Shown here piece after piece: positions 19,445-29,417 of a stretch of 64,000 nucleotides of DNA. The stretch covers positions 179,845-243,844 of the forward strand of contig CAYYQK010000001.1 of NCBI GenBank assembly GCA_964473815.1, in the 5' to 3' direction. The position numbers and the translations under genes were made by a program. Origin of the DNA: an uncultured Candidatus Saccharibacteria bacterium (GTDB lineage: Bacteria; Patescibacteriota; Doudnabacteria; UBA920). Positions within the stretch are counted from its first letter, which is position 1, and every line of letters starts with the position of its first letter. Under the pieces are notes generated by a model that made no database searches, was not told where the DNA came from, and saw only the letters and a list, made by a program, of their open reading frames with translations.

Positions 19445-19663
19445 TTACAAGATAAAGGTAATAACCAAAGCGTAAATCGCGATAGCTTCGGCAAAGGCCA
19501 TACCAAGCAACATCGGTACGAACAATTTGTCTACGCTTTCTGGGTTGCGGCCAATGGATTCCATAGCCTTAGCACCGATTTTACCGATACCTAAAGCTGG
19601 ACCAATCCCACCCACAGCGATTGTGATTGCTTTCGCAAGCAATTTCATAGTTTCTGCGTCCAT
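19445..19663 (-). CDS. atpE: Fo subunit c (H+-type)
   Basis: Start MDAETM with AAGGA RBS; GxGxxG, RNPE loop, FAEAIAIY (lacks the Na+ Q...ES/T signature). Confidence 0.95.
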   Translation of the reverse strand: MDAETMKLLAKAITIAVGGIGPALGIGKIGAKAMESIGRNPESVDKLFVPMLLGMAFAEAIAIYALVITFIL

Positions 19664-19770
19664 ATTTTTTCCTTTGCAATCTCGACTGGGAAAATATTTA
19701 AAGTCGTATTGCGTTAAGTGATTAATATCAGGGTTCATCTTTTGATAAAACCTGATGCAGACCACTTAAA

Positions 19771-20625
19771 CTAAACAGTCGGCGTAGGTTCTAAATCTTC
19801 CGGATGATCATCATGATGGCTCGCAATCGGCGTAGTGGCAATTGTCAGATACACCAAAGTTAACATGGAGAAAACCGTAGCCTGCACCACGCCAACAATT
19901 AATTCCAGAGCCATGAATGGCAAAGGCAAAACAAATGGCAATATTCCAGCCAGTACTGTTAGCAAAACTTCTCCTGCAAAAATATTCCCAAACAAACGTA
20001 GTGACAATGAAAGCAATTTTGCTACTTCAGAAATAATTTCCAAAATCCCCACAAAGAATTCAATCACTGCGGTCATAATGTTCATCGGCTTCATGGATTT
20101 AACCGCGTGATACAAATCCCCTAACTTAATAAACTTGTTGGCATACTTAAAGAATCCAATTACTGCGATACCAAGCAAGTGTGAGACTATGACAACAATT
20201 ACTGCCATCGCCACAGTTAGATTTAAGTCAGTGTTCGCTGGACGGAACACTGGAATTAACTCCACATGCCCTTCGTGAACTAAGTAGCGACCAATACTAC
20301 CAATTCCTGGCAGCAAAGCAATCCAGTTAGAAACTAAAATAAACAAAAATAAAGTTCCGACTAACGGTAAAAATTGAATAGTCTTTTTGCGGTCGCGAGT
20401 AACTGTATCAAAATAGCCATATAGGAGCTCTAAGATACTTTCAAAGAAATTTAAAACCCCGCGTGGCGCTTTACTAATTCCATAACGCTTCACTGCTCTA
20501 TTAATTAGAAATGCAAAAACCACAAAACCCACCATGGTCAGGGTGGAGTTAATAACCGTGTTTGTTACCGGAAAATTAGCAATATAAAAGATGGGTTCAG
20601 CTGCGAGTGGTGGTAAGGCCGTCAT
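19771..20625 (-). CDS. atpB: Fo subunit a
   Basis: SLSLRLFGNIFAGE, VQATVFSMLTLVY. Confidence 0.96.
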   Translation of the reverse strand: MTALPPLAAEPIFYIANFPVTNTVINSTLTMVGFVVFAFLINRAVKRYGISKAPRGVLNFFESILELLYGYFDTVTRDRKKTIQFLPLVGTLFLFILVSNWIALLPGIGSIGRYLVHEGHVELIPVFRPANTDLNLTVAMAVIVVIVSHLLGIAVIGFFKYANKFIKLGDLYHAVKSMKPMNIMTAVIEFFVGILEIISEVAKLLSLSLRLFGNIFAGEVLLTVLAGILPFVLPLPFMALELIVGVVQATVFSMLTLVYLTIATTPIASHHDDHPEDLEPTPTV

Positions 20626-20626
20626 A

Positions 20627-20890
20627 TTAATTTAAGTAGTCGTTGTAAATATCAGAAATTCGTTTCCAGAACCAGGCAAAACTGGTAAGTAAAGCTAAAA
20701 CTATACCTCCATATAGAAATCCTTGATTATAATGTTTTGCTGCCAGATACTTGCCCAAAAAAGTGAATAAGAGCAAAGGTAAGGCAATCATAAAGCCAAA
20801 TTCCAAGGAAAACGCCAAAATTTTCTTGTTTGTCATCTGTTTTTTATCTTGGTCTGATTTTGGCTGGTTTCCAGAATTGTTTTCAGGCAT
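20627..20890 (-). CDS. atpI: AtpZ/AtpI family protein
   Basis: Two TMs, LEFGFMIALP...LGKYL; first gene of the operon. Confidence 0.8.
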   Translation of the reverse strand: MPENNSGNQPKSDQDKKQMTNKKILAFSLEFGFMIALPLLLFTFLGKYLAAKHYNQGFLYGGIVLALLTSFAWFWKRISDIYNDYLN

Positions 20891-20910
20891 GGTTTTCAAT
20901 TGACGCAAAA

Positions 20911-20939
20911 ATTCTATCAAAAAAAGCCGGAATCGGCAA
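20911..20939 (-). promoter_or_regulatory. atp operon promoter
   Basis: TTGCCG-17-TAGAAT with TG extension. Confidence 0.65.
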
Positions 20940-20975
20940 GGGTGGCTTTTTTTGGTAGGGTTGACTTTTTGAGAA

Positions 20976-21530
20976 TTAGTCGAATATTAATTTTCTGAGG
21001 GCAGCTTTGTCTTTAGAATTTATTCTCGCTCGAAGCATCTCAATGAGTAGGCCGTCATTATGAAAGGTTCGAATGTCTGAAAATTTCAGAAATTGATCAA
21101 AGTTTTTCATCATGACTTTAATTCTTTCGCCGCCATCTAGTTTTTTCATCCCGGTTTTTTTGCAATCCTGAGCAATAAACATATAATGTTTGGCAGTCAT
21201 GCGGCTATGTCCATCGTTAATGCGCCAAAGTTTGAGTTTTTTTGGAACTAAACCAGTTTCTTCTTCAAGTTCACGCAAGGCTGCATTACGAGCAGTTTCT
21301 CCTGGTTCATCAGCATAACCACCGGGCAAAGTGTAATACCAACCTGTTCCTGGTTGTTGCTGGTATAGAATAGCGATCTTATCACCAACTGTGGCAATGA
21401 CGCTGATAGTATCAATTCTTTTTGCTATTTCAAAAGTTTTGAATTTACCATCGAACATTTTTTGTTTCCATTGGTAGATATCGAAGACCGTGCCATGGAA
21501 AACGCGTTTTGCATTTTTAGGAATTTTCAT
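20976..21530 (-). CDS. NUDIX hydrolase (ADP-ribose pyrophosphatase-like)
   Basis: Nudix box GGYADEPGETARNAALRELEEETGL. Confidence 0.9.
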   Translation of the reverse strand: MKIPKNAKRVFHGTVFDIYQWKQKMFDGKFKTFEIAKRIDTISVIATVGDKIAILYQQQPGTGWYYTLPGGYADEPGETARNAALRELEEETGLVPKKLKLWRINDGHSRMTAKHYMFIAQDCKKTGMKKLDGGERIKVMMKNFDQFLKFSDIRTFHNDGLLIEMLRARINSKDKAALRKLIFD

Positions 21531-21545
21531 AAAACAAAATATTAC

Positions 21546-21621
21546 TGGAGCCGGCTGCCGGACTTGAACCGGCCACCTACGGTTTACGATACCGTTGCTC
21601 TACCAGATGAGCTAAGCCGGC
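21546..21621 (-). tRNA. tRNA-Thr(CGU)
   Basis: GCCGGCTTAGCTC...ACGGT-ATCGTAA-ACCGT...GTTCAAGTC...TCCA. Confidence 0.95.
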
Positions 21622-21636
21622 ATGTATATATTTTTT

Positions 21637-21710
21637 TGGAGCGGGCGACGGGAATCGAACCCGTGTCTCAACCTTGGGAAGGTCGCATACTGCCACTGTA
21701 CTACGCCCGC
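21637..21710 (-). tRNA. tRNA-Gly(CCC)
   Basis: GCGGGCGTAG...TTCCCAA...GTTCGATTC...TCCA. Confidence 0.95.
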
Positions 21711-21718
21711 TAAAGGAT

Positions 21719-21747
21719 AAAGCCCCCGCGCAAGGCGAGGGCTTTTT
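21719..21747. terminator. Hairpin between prsA and the tRNAs
   Basis: AAAGCCC...GGGCTTT inverted repeat. Confidence 0.55.
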
Positions 21748-21753
21748 AAAGTT

Positions 21754-22713
21754 TTAATTAAACTTTAATAATTTTATAACTCTTACATTATCTGTTTGCT
21801 TGCTCATCCAGTCGCTAAATCCATTTGGCTTCACAAAAATTTGTTGCAAGTGAATTTGTTCAGAACCATTTGCGCCATCGCTATTTCGTTCCAACACTTT
21901 AAAGATGTGAATTCCATAACGACTCACAACTGTTTTGGAATCGCCGACTTTTGCATCTTTCAATCCATCGCGGAATTCAGGCAGCAAGTCAGAGAAAGCG
22001 ATCATACCACTGTCCCCTGCAAAATCTTTAGTGGCTTCATCTTGAGTGTAAGCTTTGGCCACATCATCAAAGTTTTGACCGCCATTGATCTTATCTTGCA
22101 ACTCTTTGGCTTTATTAAGGGCATCTTTATCTAAGTCGGTTTGTCCGTTATACCACAACTGGATATTCCCCTGCAAAACTTCTTCTTTGATAACCTGATC
22201 TTTAAATTGATCAGTGCTCATGTGGTAAGTTTTATTCAGCTCGTCTTTGAAGGCATTTTCATCGCCATTAGCATATTGCTTAATGATATTCTGATACTCT
22301 TCATCTATTTGTTCTTTAGTGACCGAGATGTGATGCTGGCTGGCAATTGCATCAATTTTTTGCGCATCAACTAATTGCGAAAAAGTTTGGCTTGGATCAA
22401 CACTCTTTGCGCCCTCTTGTTGAGACGACAATTGCTTGGCTAGCTCAATGCGTGACAAAACTTTTTTAGCCGATATAAATTGCATATCAACGATGGCTGC
22501 TGGCAAAGGAATTTTTTTGAAAACTTTTTCTTTGGCCTGACTCAGTTTGCCAGTGTAAAGCCAAGTTAAGCTTACAGCCAAGATTATTACTATCAATGCA
22601 ATGACGATTGCAATTATAGATTTATTACTTTGTCGGCGCTTCTTTTTGTGATGATGAGTTTCCTCGTGCTCGCTCGCCACCTCTTTTTCGTCGTGTTTGT
22701 GTTCGTGTTCCAT
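21754..22713 (-). CDS. prsA: PrsA/SurA-like parvulin peptidyl-prolyl isomerase foldase
   Basis: TM, SurA_N helical region, FDDVAKAYTQD...GDSG...SRYGIHIFKV. Confidence 0.85.
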   Translation of the reverse strand: MEHEHKHDEKEVASEHEETHHHKKKRRQSNKSIIAIVIALIVIILAVSLTWLYTGKLSQAKEKVFKKIPLPAAIVDMQFISAKKVLSRIELAKQLSSQQEGAKSVDPSQTFSQLVDAQKIDAIASQHHISVTKEQIDEEYQNIIKQYANGDENAFKDELNKTYHMSTDQFKDQVIKEEVLQGNIQLWYNGQTDLDKDALNKAKELQDKINGGQNFDDVAKAYTQDEATKDFAGDSGMIAFSDLLPEFRDGLKDAKVGDSKTVVSRYGIHIFKVLERNSDGANGSEQIHLQQIFVKPNGFSDWMSKQTDNVRVIKLLKFN

Positions 22714-22715
22714 AG

Positions 22716-23093
22716 TTACGATTTATTATTAAAAATATACTGCCACCATTTTTGAAAATTATTTTTGGGTTGTTCCGGAGCTGGTGCATTGTCCTTTGTG
22801 ACCCCATCAGTTGGAAAGTTTACAACTATCTCCCCTTCCTTCTTTAAGCCCAGCTGTTCGCGCGCTAATTTTTCTTTGTAGTTATCTGAAGAAAAATATT
22901 GCAATGACTGTTGCAAGGCCTGATTGCGCGACTCTAAGTCGGCTTGCTCTTGTTTTAGTTGGTTTATTTCCGAATTAATTTTATGGCGTTGTTGCCATTG
23001 TTGTAATTCTAACCCAAAAACCCCCAGAAGTACAATCAGGGTGGCGATCAGAAAAAGCTTAGATTGAAAGATTTTTGGGATAGGTAACTTCAT
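22716..23093 (-). CDS. Septum formation initiator FtsB/DivIC family
   Basis: TM plus coiled coil plus EKLAREQLGLKKEGEIVV; start re-set to MKLPIP. Confidence 0.85.
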   Translation of the reverse strand: MKLPIPKIFQSKLFLIATLIVLLGVFGLELQQWQQRHKINSEINQLKQEQADLESRNQALQQSLQYFSSDNYKEKLAREQLGLKKEGEIVVNFPTDGVTKDNAPAPEQPKNNFQKWWQYIFNNKS

Positions 23094-23100
23094 TTTAAAA

Positions 23101-23664
23101 CTATTCAGAGTGATTTTGCTTGGTATATCCCACCTGTTCCTGTAAGTGTGTGGCATCAGTGCTGGCGTAAACCACTCCTCCCTGGTCTTTGGCAATGCGT
23201 TTGTGCATTTCCCACAAGTAATCTTTGATTTCCATTGGTTCGGAAATGTTTTTAATAACAATCGGATCCATTAAACCAACGATCTGCACAATGACATCGC
23301 CGTATCCAAACAGCGCAGAAAAAATTCCTTCGTGTTTGTAACTAACATTAAGGATGCGTTCGTGGGGTGTTTCGGTTACTGACTGACTAAAAAGACCCGT
23401 GTGAGCGTAGTACAATAATCGTTGATTCGTTACGACGTATTGATTCAGTCGCCAGATCATAAATTTTTTCAATGCGTAACCAAGCAAGAAAACTATTATT
23501 GCTGCTAATACGCCTAGTAAAATTCCCCGAGCTGAAAAACGAATAATTAAATAGCCCACTAAAATAATGCCAACTAAAGCAACTCCTGCAGAATGTATCA
23601 AAATCACCGGAGTTTGCCGGTAGATTTGACGAATGCGCTCATTGTCTTTTAGGGAGATTTTCAT
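23101..23664 (-). CDS. Bacterial PH-domain membrane protein
   Basis: Two TMs then YVVTNQRL...GLFS...I.NVSY...G....LFGYGDV. Confidence 0.8.
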   Translation of the reverse strand: MKISLKDNERIRQIYRQTPVILIHSAGVALVGIILVGYLIIRFSARGILLGVLAAIIVFLLGYALKKFMIWRLNQYVVTNQRLLYYAHTGLFSQSVTETPHERILNVSYKHEGIFSALFGYGDVIVQIVGLMDPIVIKNISEPMEIKDYLWEMHKRIAKDQGGVVYASTDATHLQEQVGYTKQNHSE

Positions 23665-23682
23665 AATAGTTTTATTGTTGGA

Positions 23683-23784
23683 CTATTGCCCCACAGCGTA
23701 AGCAATCATGCTGCCAATCATGGCAAGCACTACAACTGCCGTAACTATAGTTACTATACGTTCTAAATTTTTTCTGTTTCTCAT
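23683..23784 (-). CDS. 33-aa single-TM peptide, DUF4044-like (not in ORF track)
   Basis: MRNRKNLERIVTIVTAVVVLAMIGSMIAYAVGQ fills the gap between lepA and the PH gene. Confidence 0.65.
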   Translation of the reverse strand: MRNRKNLERIVTIVTAVVVLAMIGSMIAYAVGQ

Positions 23785-23794
23785 TTTGATAATT

Positions 23795-25603
23795 TTATTT
23801 CTTAAGAACTGCCAGAAAGGCTTCTTGAGGGATATCAACTTTACCAATTTTCTTCATGCGTTTCTTCCCTTTTTTCTGTTTATTCAACACCTTCATCTTA
23901 CGGGTTACGTCACCACCATACAAACCAGTGGTTACATCTTTTCGAAAAGCAGAAATTGTTTCGCGCGCTATAACTTTCGAGCCAATGGCCGCCTGAATGG
24001 CAATTTCGAATTGCTGACGAGGAATTAAAGTTTTTAATTTCGCTACCAGTTCCCGACCTTCAGTTTCCGCAAATTGTTTGTGCATTATTGCAGCCAATGC
24101 TTCTACTTTTTCAGTGGCCACCAGAATATCGACTTTAACTAAGTCACCTGGTCGCAATTCCATAAATTCGTAGTTCAATGACGCGTAACCACTGCTAACA
24201 CTTTTTAGTTTATCATAAAAATCAATGATGATATTAGCCAACGGCATTTGGAAGCTCATTTCCACGCGTTCTGAACCAACGTACTTAATATCTTCACTAA
24301 TTCCCCGGCGCTGAGTCACTATTTCCATAATCGAGCCAATGTATGTTGATGGGGTTAAAATAGTTACTTTCATCCATGGTTCTCGAATTTCTTTTATTGA
24401 TGAAGGATCAGGAAATTGCGCAGGATTATATACAGTTTTTACGTCGCCATTTGTTAGTTCAATTTCGTAGGCAACACTTGGCGCCGTTAGCACTAGGTCA
24501 AGGTCGTATTCGCGAGATAAGCGTTCCTGCACAATATCCATGTGCAGCAACCCCAAGAATCCGGTGCGAAAACCAAAACCGATACTCGGAATATTTTCTG
24601 GTTCAAATTCTAAAGCTGCGTCGTTTAGTTTTAGTTTATCCATCGCATCACGCAGCAATGGGTAATCGTCCCCGCTCACAGGGAAAATAGAAGCATAAAC
24701 CATCGGGGTTACATGTTTGTAACCAGGCAATGCTTCGACTTCAGCTTTTTGGGAAAGTAAAGTAATTGTGTCTCCAACGCGTGCTTTACTAACTTCGCGC
24801 AGGCCAGTAACTATGTAACCTACTTCGCCAGTTTGAATACTGTTCCCCTTTGTCATTTGCGGTTTAAAGAACCCGACTTCTAAACTCTCAGCATTGGCCC
24901 CACTGCCAATCATGTAAATTTTCTCGCGAGCAGGAAGATTACCATCCATAACCCGGACAAAGGTAATCACCCCGCGGTGAATGTCATAGGTTGAGTCAAA
25001 AATTAATGCGCGCATAGGCGCATCATTTTTACCTTCGGGTGCAGGGACACGCTCAACTATTGCTTCCAAAATTTCAATAACACCTTCACCGGTTTTTCCG
25101 GAAGCATACAAAATTTCTTCATCCTTAAAACCAAAGACCGACTTTAACTCTGCAGCAGTTTTTTCACGATCTGCATTCGGTAAATCGATTTTGTTAATAA
25201 CGGGAATGATTGTCAGATTATGTTCAACTGCCAAGTAAGCATTTGCCAAAGTCTGGGCTTCAATCCCCTGCGTGCTATCCACGACTAAAATCGCTCCCTC
25301 GCAAGCTGCGAGCGAACGTGATACTTCATAACTGAAGTCAACGTGGCCAGGTGTATCAATTAAATTCAAAATAAAGCGCTCCTTGGTGTCGCTACCAGCG
25401 ACGGGCGCTTCGTACTCCATGCGGACGGGCTGAAGTTTAATGGTGATGCCGCGTTCCCGCTCAATGTCCATTTGGTCGAGCAGCTGTTCCTTCATTTCCC
25501 GTTTTTCAACAGTGCCAGTCAATTCCAGCATCCGGTCAGACAAAGTCGACTTACCGTGGTCAATATGCGCGATGATACAAAAATTACGAATTCGGTTCTG
25601 CAT
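23795..25603 (-). CDS. lepA: Elongation factor 4
   Basis: AHIDHGKSTL, DTPGHVDF, GFLGLLHMDIVQERL, KQKKGKKRMK. Confidence 0.98.
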   Translation of the reverse strand: MQNRIRNFCIIAHIDHGKSTLSDRMLELTGTVEKREMKEQLLDQMDIERERGITIKLQPVRMEYEAPVAGSDTKERFILNLIDTPGHVDFSYEVSRSLAACEGAILVVDSTQGIEAQTLANAYLAVEHNLTIIPVINKIDLPNADREKTAAELKSVFGFKDEEILYASGKTGEGVIEILEAIVERVPAPEGKNDAPMRALIFDSTYDIHRGVITFVRVMDGNLPAREKIYMIGSGANAESLEVGFFKPQMTKGNSIQTGEVGYIVTGLREVSKARVGDTITLLSQKAEVEALPGYKHVTPMVYASIFPVSGDDYPLLRDAMDKLKLNDAALEFEPENIPSIGFGFRTGFLGLLHMDIVQERLSREYDLDLVLTAPSVAYEIELTNGDVKTVYNPAQFPDPSSIKEIREPWMKVTILTPSTYIGSIMEIVTQRRGISEDIKYVGSERVEMSFQMPLANIIIDFYDKLKSVSSGYASLNYEFMELRPGDLVKVDILVATEKVEALAAIMHKQFAETEGRELVAKLKTLIPRQQFEIAIQAAIGSKVIARETISAFRKDVTTGLYGGDVTRKMKVLNKQKKGKKRMKKIGKVDIPQEAFLAVLKK

Positions 25604-25610
25604 GAACCTA

Positions 25611-25639
25611 ATTATACCGAAAAACTATCGATTTTTCAA
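25611..25639 (-). promoter_or_regulatory. lepA promoter (leaderless geometry)
   Basis: TTGAAA-17-TATAAT, 7 nt before ATG. Confidence 0.7.
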
Positions 25640-27258
25640 GCCTTTGAGCCGGTAATGGCTTTGATGAATTTTATTCCGGATTTGGCAATCGCTTGCGATT
25701 CACGAATTCCCAGAAAGTGTGTTATTGCAATGTATATTGCTCCTCCGGCAGTAGTTGCAATTGAGGCTTGTAAGAAAATTCCGACAACAGTATGAGTGTC
25801 GACAAAAATCGCAACAACATACAAAAAGATGTAAGTGGTTGTACCCATTAACACGCTAGCGAAAACAATTTTTGAGCTATGCAAAACTAGGCCACCGCTG
25901 AATACTTGCAACTCGGTTTCCTTCACTTTATCGTCAATTGCGAAAGCGCGATGTAGATATACGAACAGTAAAATACATTGCACTGTGCTAGCGACTACAA
26001 ACCCGAGAGCGATTCCTACAACACCAAGAGCTTTCGCAAACAGGAAAGATAAAAGAATATTAATTGCCATTCCTACTAAGCTAATCAATACCGGAGTTTT
26101 AGTATTATGTCTGGCATAGAAGGCGCGGGCTAGTAACGGTATTAAACTTTGCGCTACAAGTCCTAATGCTAGAATTCCCAATGCATTGAAAGTGATGATG
26201 GTACAATTCCAGTCGCATCTTCCATAACCAAGTAGTAAACGCACAACATGAGCACGTAATAGCAATAATAAAATTGTGATAGGTACAACAAAATACAATA
26301 CTCGAATCATCGTCTGTTGCAAAGTTTTAATAAAATCTACAATACTCCCTTTTGCAAAGTATTCAGTCAGTACCGGAAAAATTGCTACTGCACTAGACAA
26401 TGCGAAAATTCCTAAAGCCACGGCCTGAATGTTGTTGGCGTAATTAAATGCCGCAATTGAACCACTTGCTAAAGTTGAGCCAATAATTGAAACTATAATT
26501 AAATTAACATAGCTGTTATCGAGGCCAACAATTCGTGGTAAAAACAATTTGCCTATCTTTTTTACTGCTGGGTCTGAATAATTAAATCTTGGTTTCCAAG
26601 AAAAACCATAGCGCCACGCTTCAGGAATTTGAATTCCAATGTGCATAAGCGCTCCAAAAATTACGCCATATGCAAGTCCTGCAACGCCATATCTTGGGTA
26701 TAGCACTAAAATTCCAATGATAATCCCTAAGTTATAAAGTAATGGCGCAATGTTCACTACCAAAAACTTTTTCAACGAAATTAGTACGCTTGACCAGACA
26801 ATCGAGAATGTAAAGATAATTGGTGAAAGCAACATGATGCGTGTGACAGCAGCAGTGCGAATGAGTTCGTCATGCGGAAAACCTGGAGCTAGTAAATGAG
26901 TTAGGGGCACTGCAAAAATAAATGCGAGCAAACACAATGCCGCCATCCCCAAAGACGCGAAATTAGCCACGGTGCTGGCAATATCAAAAGCACGGGACTT
27001 ATCTTTAAAATAATATTCACTAAATACCGGAATGAAAGCCACGCTTAAAGTTCCGAAAATCAACAAATTGTAAACTAAGTCAGGCAAGCGGAATGCTGTG
27101 AAATAAATATCAGAATCTGCGCCTGCTCCCAAATGCGAAGCCAGTAACACGTCGCGAGCAAAACCGGTTAATCGCGACAGCAAAGTAAAGCTAGCGATAA
27201 TCAGCGTGGCCTGACCCATGTGAAAAGTTGATTCAAGTTTTTTTAAGCGTGAGAACAT
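25636..27258 (-). CDS. murJ: Lipid II flippase MurJ
   Basis: LSRLTGFARD, AFRLPD, AFIPVF, RAFYARHNTKTP. Confidence 0.95.
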   Translation of the reverse strand: MFSRLKKLESTFHMGQATLIIASFTLLSRLTGFARDVLLASHLGAGADSDIYFTAFRLPDLVYNLLIFGTLSVAFIPVFSEYYFKDKSRAFDIASTVANFASLGMAALCLLAFIFAVPLTHLLAPGFPHDELIRTAAVTRIMLLSPIIFTFSIVWSSVLISLKKFLVVNIAPLLYNLGIIIGILVLYPRYGVAGLAYGVIFGALMHIGIQIPEAWRYGFSWKPRFNYSDPAVKKIGKLFLPRIVGLDNSYVNLIIVSIIGSTLASGSIAAFNYANNIQAVALGIFALSSAVAIFPVLTEYFAKGSIVDFIKTLQQTMIRVLYFVVPITILLLLLRAHVVRLLLGYGRCDWNCTIITFNALGILALGLVAQSLIPLLARAFYARHNTKTPVLISLVGMAINILLSFLFAKALGVVGIALGFVVASTVQCILLFVYLHRAFAIDDKVKETELQVFSGGLVLHSSKIVFASVLMGTTTYIFLYVVAIFVDTHTVVGIFLQASIATTAGGAIYIAITHFLGIRESQAIAKSGIKFIKAITGSKA

Positions 27259-27275
27259 TCAATAAAAGTGTAAAA

Positions 27276-29417
27276 CTATTTTTGTAAAACCAGTCCGAAG
27301 AAAGTGTCTGCAATAATATTCTGATGATAAGTCAAAGTCTGCCCATTAATTGTAGCATTGTTAGAATTCCACAGGCTCTTGCGTCCGTTTAGATTCAGTT
27401 CATAATTTATTTCATCTTCCATAGAACCTGGTTGTTTTTGGATTAGGATACTACAACGGTCAATCCTCCCTATCTTAAACGGTAAGGTGTATGAAATAGT
27501 AACCGTTTTTGTTTGTTCCCCGTCTACTACTAGCCAATTACCAAACCAAGTTTTCCCTGCTTCTTCGCCGTAATAAGTACCACTGGCGGTGTCTTGTTGT
27601 ACGCCTTTTTGCCAGTTTTGGACTTTGTCGTCGAGAGTGTAGTTGTCTGTAGAAATGTTTGGTAGTTGAATATCTCGATTAAATCCATCTGCGCTTACAA
27701 GCTTGCTATTTTTTGGAACGTAAAATCGGACAAAACTTTTATTGCTTAAACCTGGATTGCTTGGGAGTGGATTTTTTACCGTGTATTGAATTGTGTTGGT
27801 AATACTCCCGTCGGAGTTAATAACAGATTTAATATCTGCTTTGCGGAGCAGGGCGCGATCCGTCTTTGTTCCACCCAAGTTTGAATTCACAATACTCAAA
27901 TAGTCGCGATCTGTATCCCGTAATTGACCGCCCCAGTTGAAATCCAAAATAGATTTTTCTAAATCACTATTTCTTGAGAATAGAACTATTTGTTTCTGAT
28001 ACAAATTCTTTTGAAATACTTCTAAGAAATTCATGATCCCACCTTGATCTGAACCCATTTTTTCCATTAACAACGGAAAAAAGTCAGCCAAAAATTGTTT
28101 TGGTTGATTTTGTTTTTTGTCGTAGTTCACAGATGTTTCTGCTTGCACCTGTTCAATAAAGTTGTCTCGATTCAAAGTAACATTATGTTGCGGTAATGTA
28201 ATTGGGCCGGTGTGATCAAGCATGTCTAAAATTACATCTGGCGTCATAGCAATAATCAGGTCTGGAGTTTCACCTCCTTCTTTTTCGTAGAAGGCACTAA
28301 TGCGGTCAGCTGATTCTGGGAAACTGGCGAACCAATTACTATCCCGCATAAACCATTGGTTATTCACCGCAATCATTGGTTGTGGTGGTAGAATTTTTTG
28401 TTTCAATTGACCGTCCCAGTCATAGACAGAGCGAATGTCGAGCGAAGTCAGGGCTCCGTCAGAAAGTTTGGCATTACCAACAGTACCCATGAATCCCCCG
28501 CCAGCGCGAAGTTCGTTATTATTTTCAAACACAATCAATGTATTTTTTTGGCCGAGAAGAATATTAAACACTAATCCCAATACTTCTTTAACAGAACCAA
28601 CGTTTTGTTGGAAAAAAGTAGCCGTATCTTTAGCCTGCACAAATGTCGGCTGATAACTTTCCGGAATGCTGCTAATAGATACTGAGTTGATTAGTTGCGC
28701 TGCTTCGTTCGCAAGCGCAACACTCTCGTTAAGTAACTGTTGAGCGTGTTGAAGTTGTGCTTTATTTTGATCACCCGCACTCAAACCAACAGCGCTAAGC
28801 TTCATTGTATTAGTAAGCTGAAGTAGTTCAGTTCCTTTAAGTGCCGCTTGGGTAATTTTTTGAGCAGCTAGTAGCAAGGAATCAGCATCGTGTTTTTGCG
28901 GTACAACAGAAAGCAAACCTTGCAAATCCGCACTCGCCGAATTTAACTTTTGCTGACTATTTTTGAATTGCTCTAAAGCAAGATTAAAATTTGCCTGCGC
29001 CGCAGCAGTGTTCTGTGCTTGCAAAGAATTTTTAGCATCTTCTAAATAGCCGATGCCGGTGTTACTAGTTCCTAAAACTTGAGCTTTTAAATTTTGTCCC
29101 GCAGCAATTAAAGATAAGCCGTGCACTCCCATACTGATAATCACAACGCAAAGTGTAAACGCAGCAATCGCAATTCGAAACTGACGAACTTTCCACTTCT
29201 TGATTATACTTTGAATTTTCGATGGTAGTTTAAAAATAAATTTTAAAGCTGTCCACGGCAGCTTGAAAACCTCTAAAACCGCTAAACCAACAACATAGCA
29301 CAAACCCAAAATCCAATTTATAACTATACTAAAAAAGCTGGTGCGCTTTTCGTAAGTGACCGGTTCAAAGTGCTTATGATGAAGATAGAGTTTAATTTTT
29401 TTCTTCATAGTTTTCAT
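27276..29417 (-). CDS. DUF4012 domain membrane-anchored protein
   Basis: FENNNELRAGGGFMG, RDSNWFASFP, NLGGTKTD, QKQPG. Confidence 0.85.
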   Translation of the reverse strand: MKTMKKKIKLYLHHKHFEPVTYEKRTSFFSIVINWILGLCYVVGLAVLEVFKLPWTALKFIFKLPSKIQSIIKKWKVRQFRIAIAAFTLCVVIISMGVHGLSLIAAGQNLKAQVLGTSNTGIGYLEDAKNSLQAQNTAAAQANFNLALEQFKNSQQKLNSASADLQGLLSVVPQKHDADSLLLAAQKITQAALKGTELLQLTNTMKLSAVGLSAGDQNKAQLQHAQQLLNESVALANEAAQLINSVSISSIPESYQPTFVQAKDTATFFQQNVGSVKEVLGLVFNILLGQKNTLIVFENNNELRAGGGFMGTVGNAKLSDGALTSLDIRSVYDWDGQLKQKILPPQPMIAVNNQWFMRDSNWFASFPESADRISAFYEKEGGETPDLIIAMTPDVILDMLDHTGPITLPQHNVTLNRDNFIEQVQAETSVNYDKKQNQPKQFLADFFPLLMEKMGSDQGGIMNFLEVFQKNLYQKQIVLFSRNSDLEKSILDFNWGGQLRDTDRDYLSIVNSNLGGTKTDRALLRKADIKSVINSDGSITNTIQYTVKNPLPSNPGLSNKSFVRFYVPKNSKLVSADGFNRDIQLPNISTDNYTLDDKVQNWQKGVQQDTASGTYYGEEAGKTWFGNWLVVDGEQTKTVTISYTLPFKIGRIDRCSILIQKQPGSMEDEINYELNLNGRKSLWNSNNATINGQTLTYHQNIIADTFFGLVLQK

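Noticed and set aside
19445-19663. Na+-coupled ATP synthase
   Set aside because: Subunit c lacks the Gln and Glu-Ser/Thr sodium-binding signature
19664-19765. 34-aa extension of atpE (likewise the extended starts of the ftsB-like gene, mraY, atpI and murG)
   Set aside because: Downstream ATGs fit RBS/promoter positions and family lengths better
21462-21713. + strand 83-aa ORF
   Set aside because: Antisense to tRNA-Thr and tRNA-Gly
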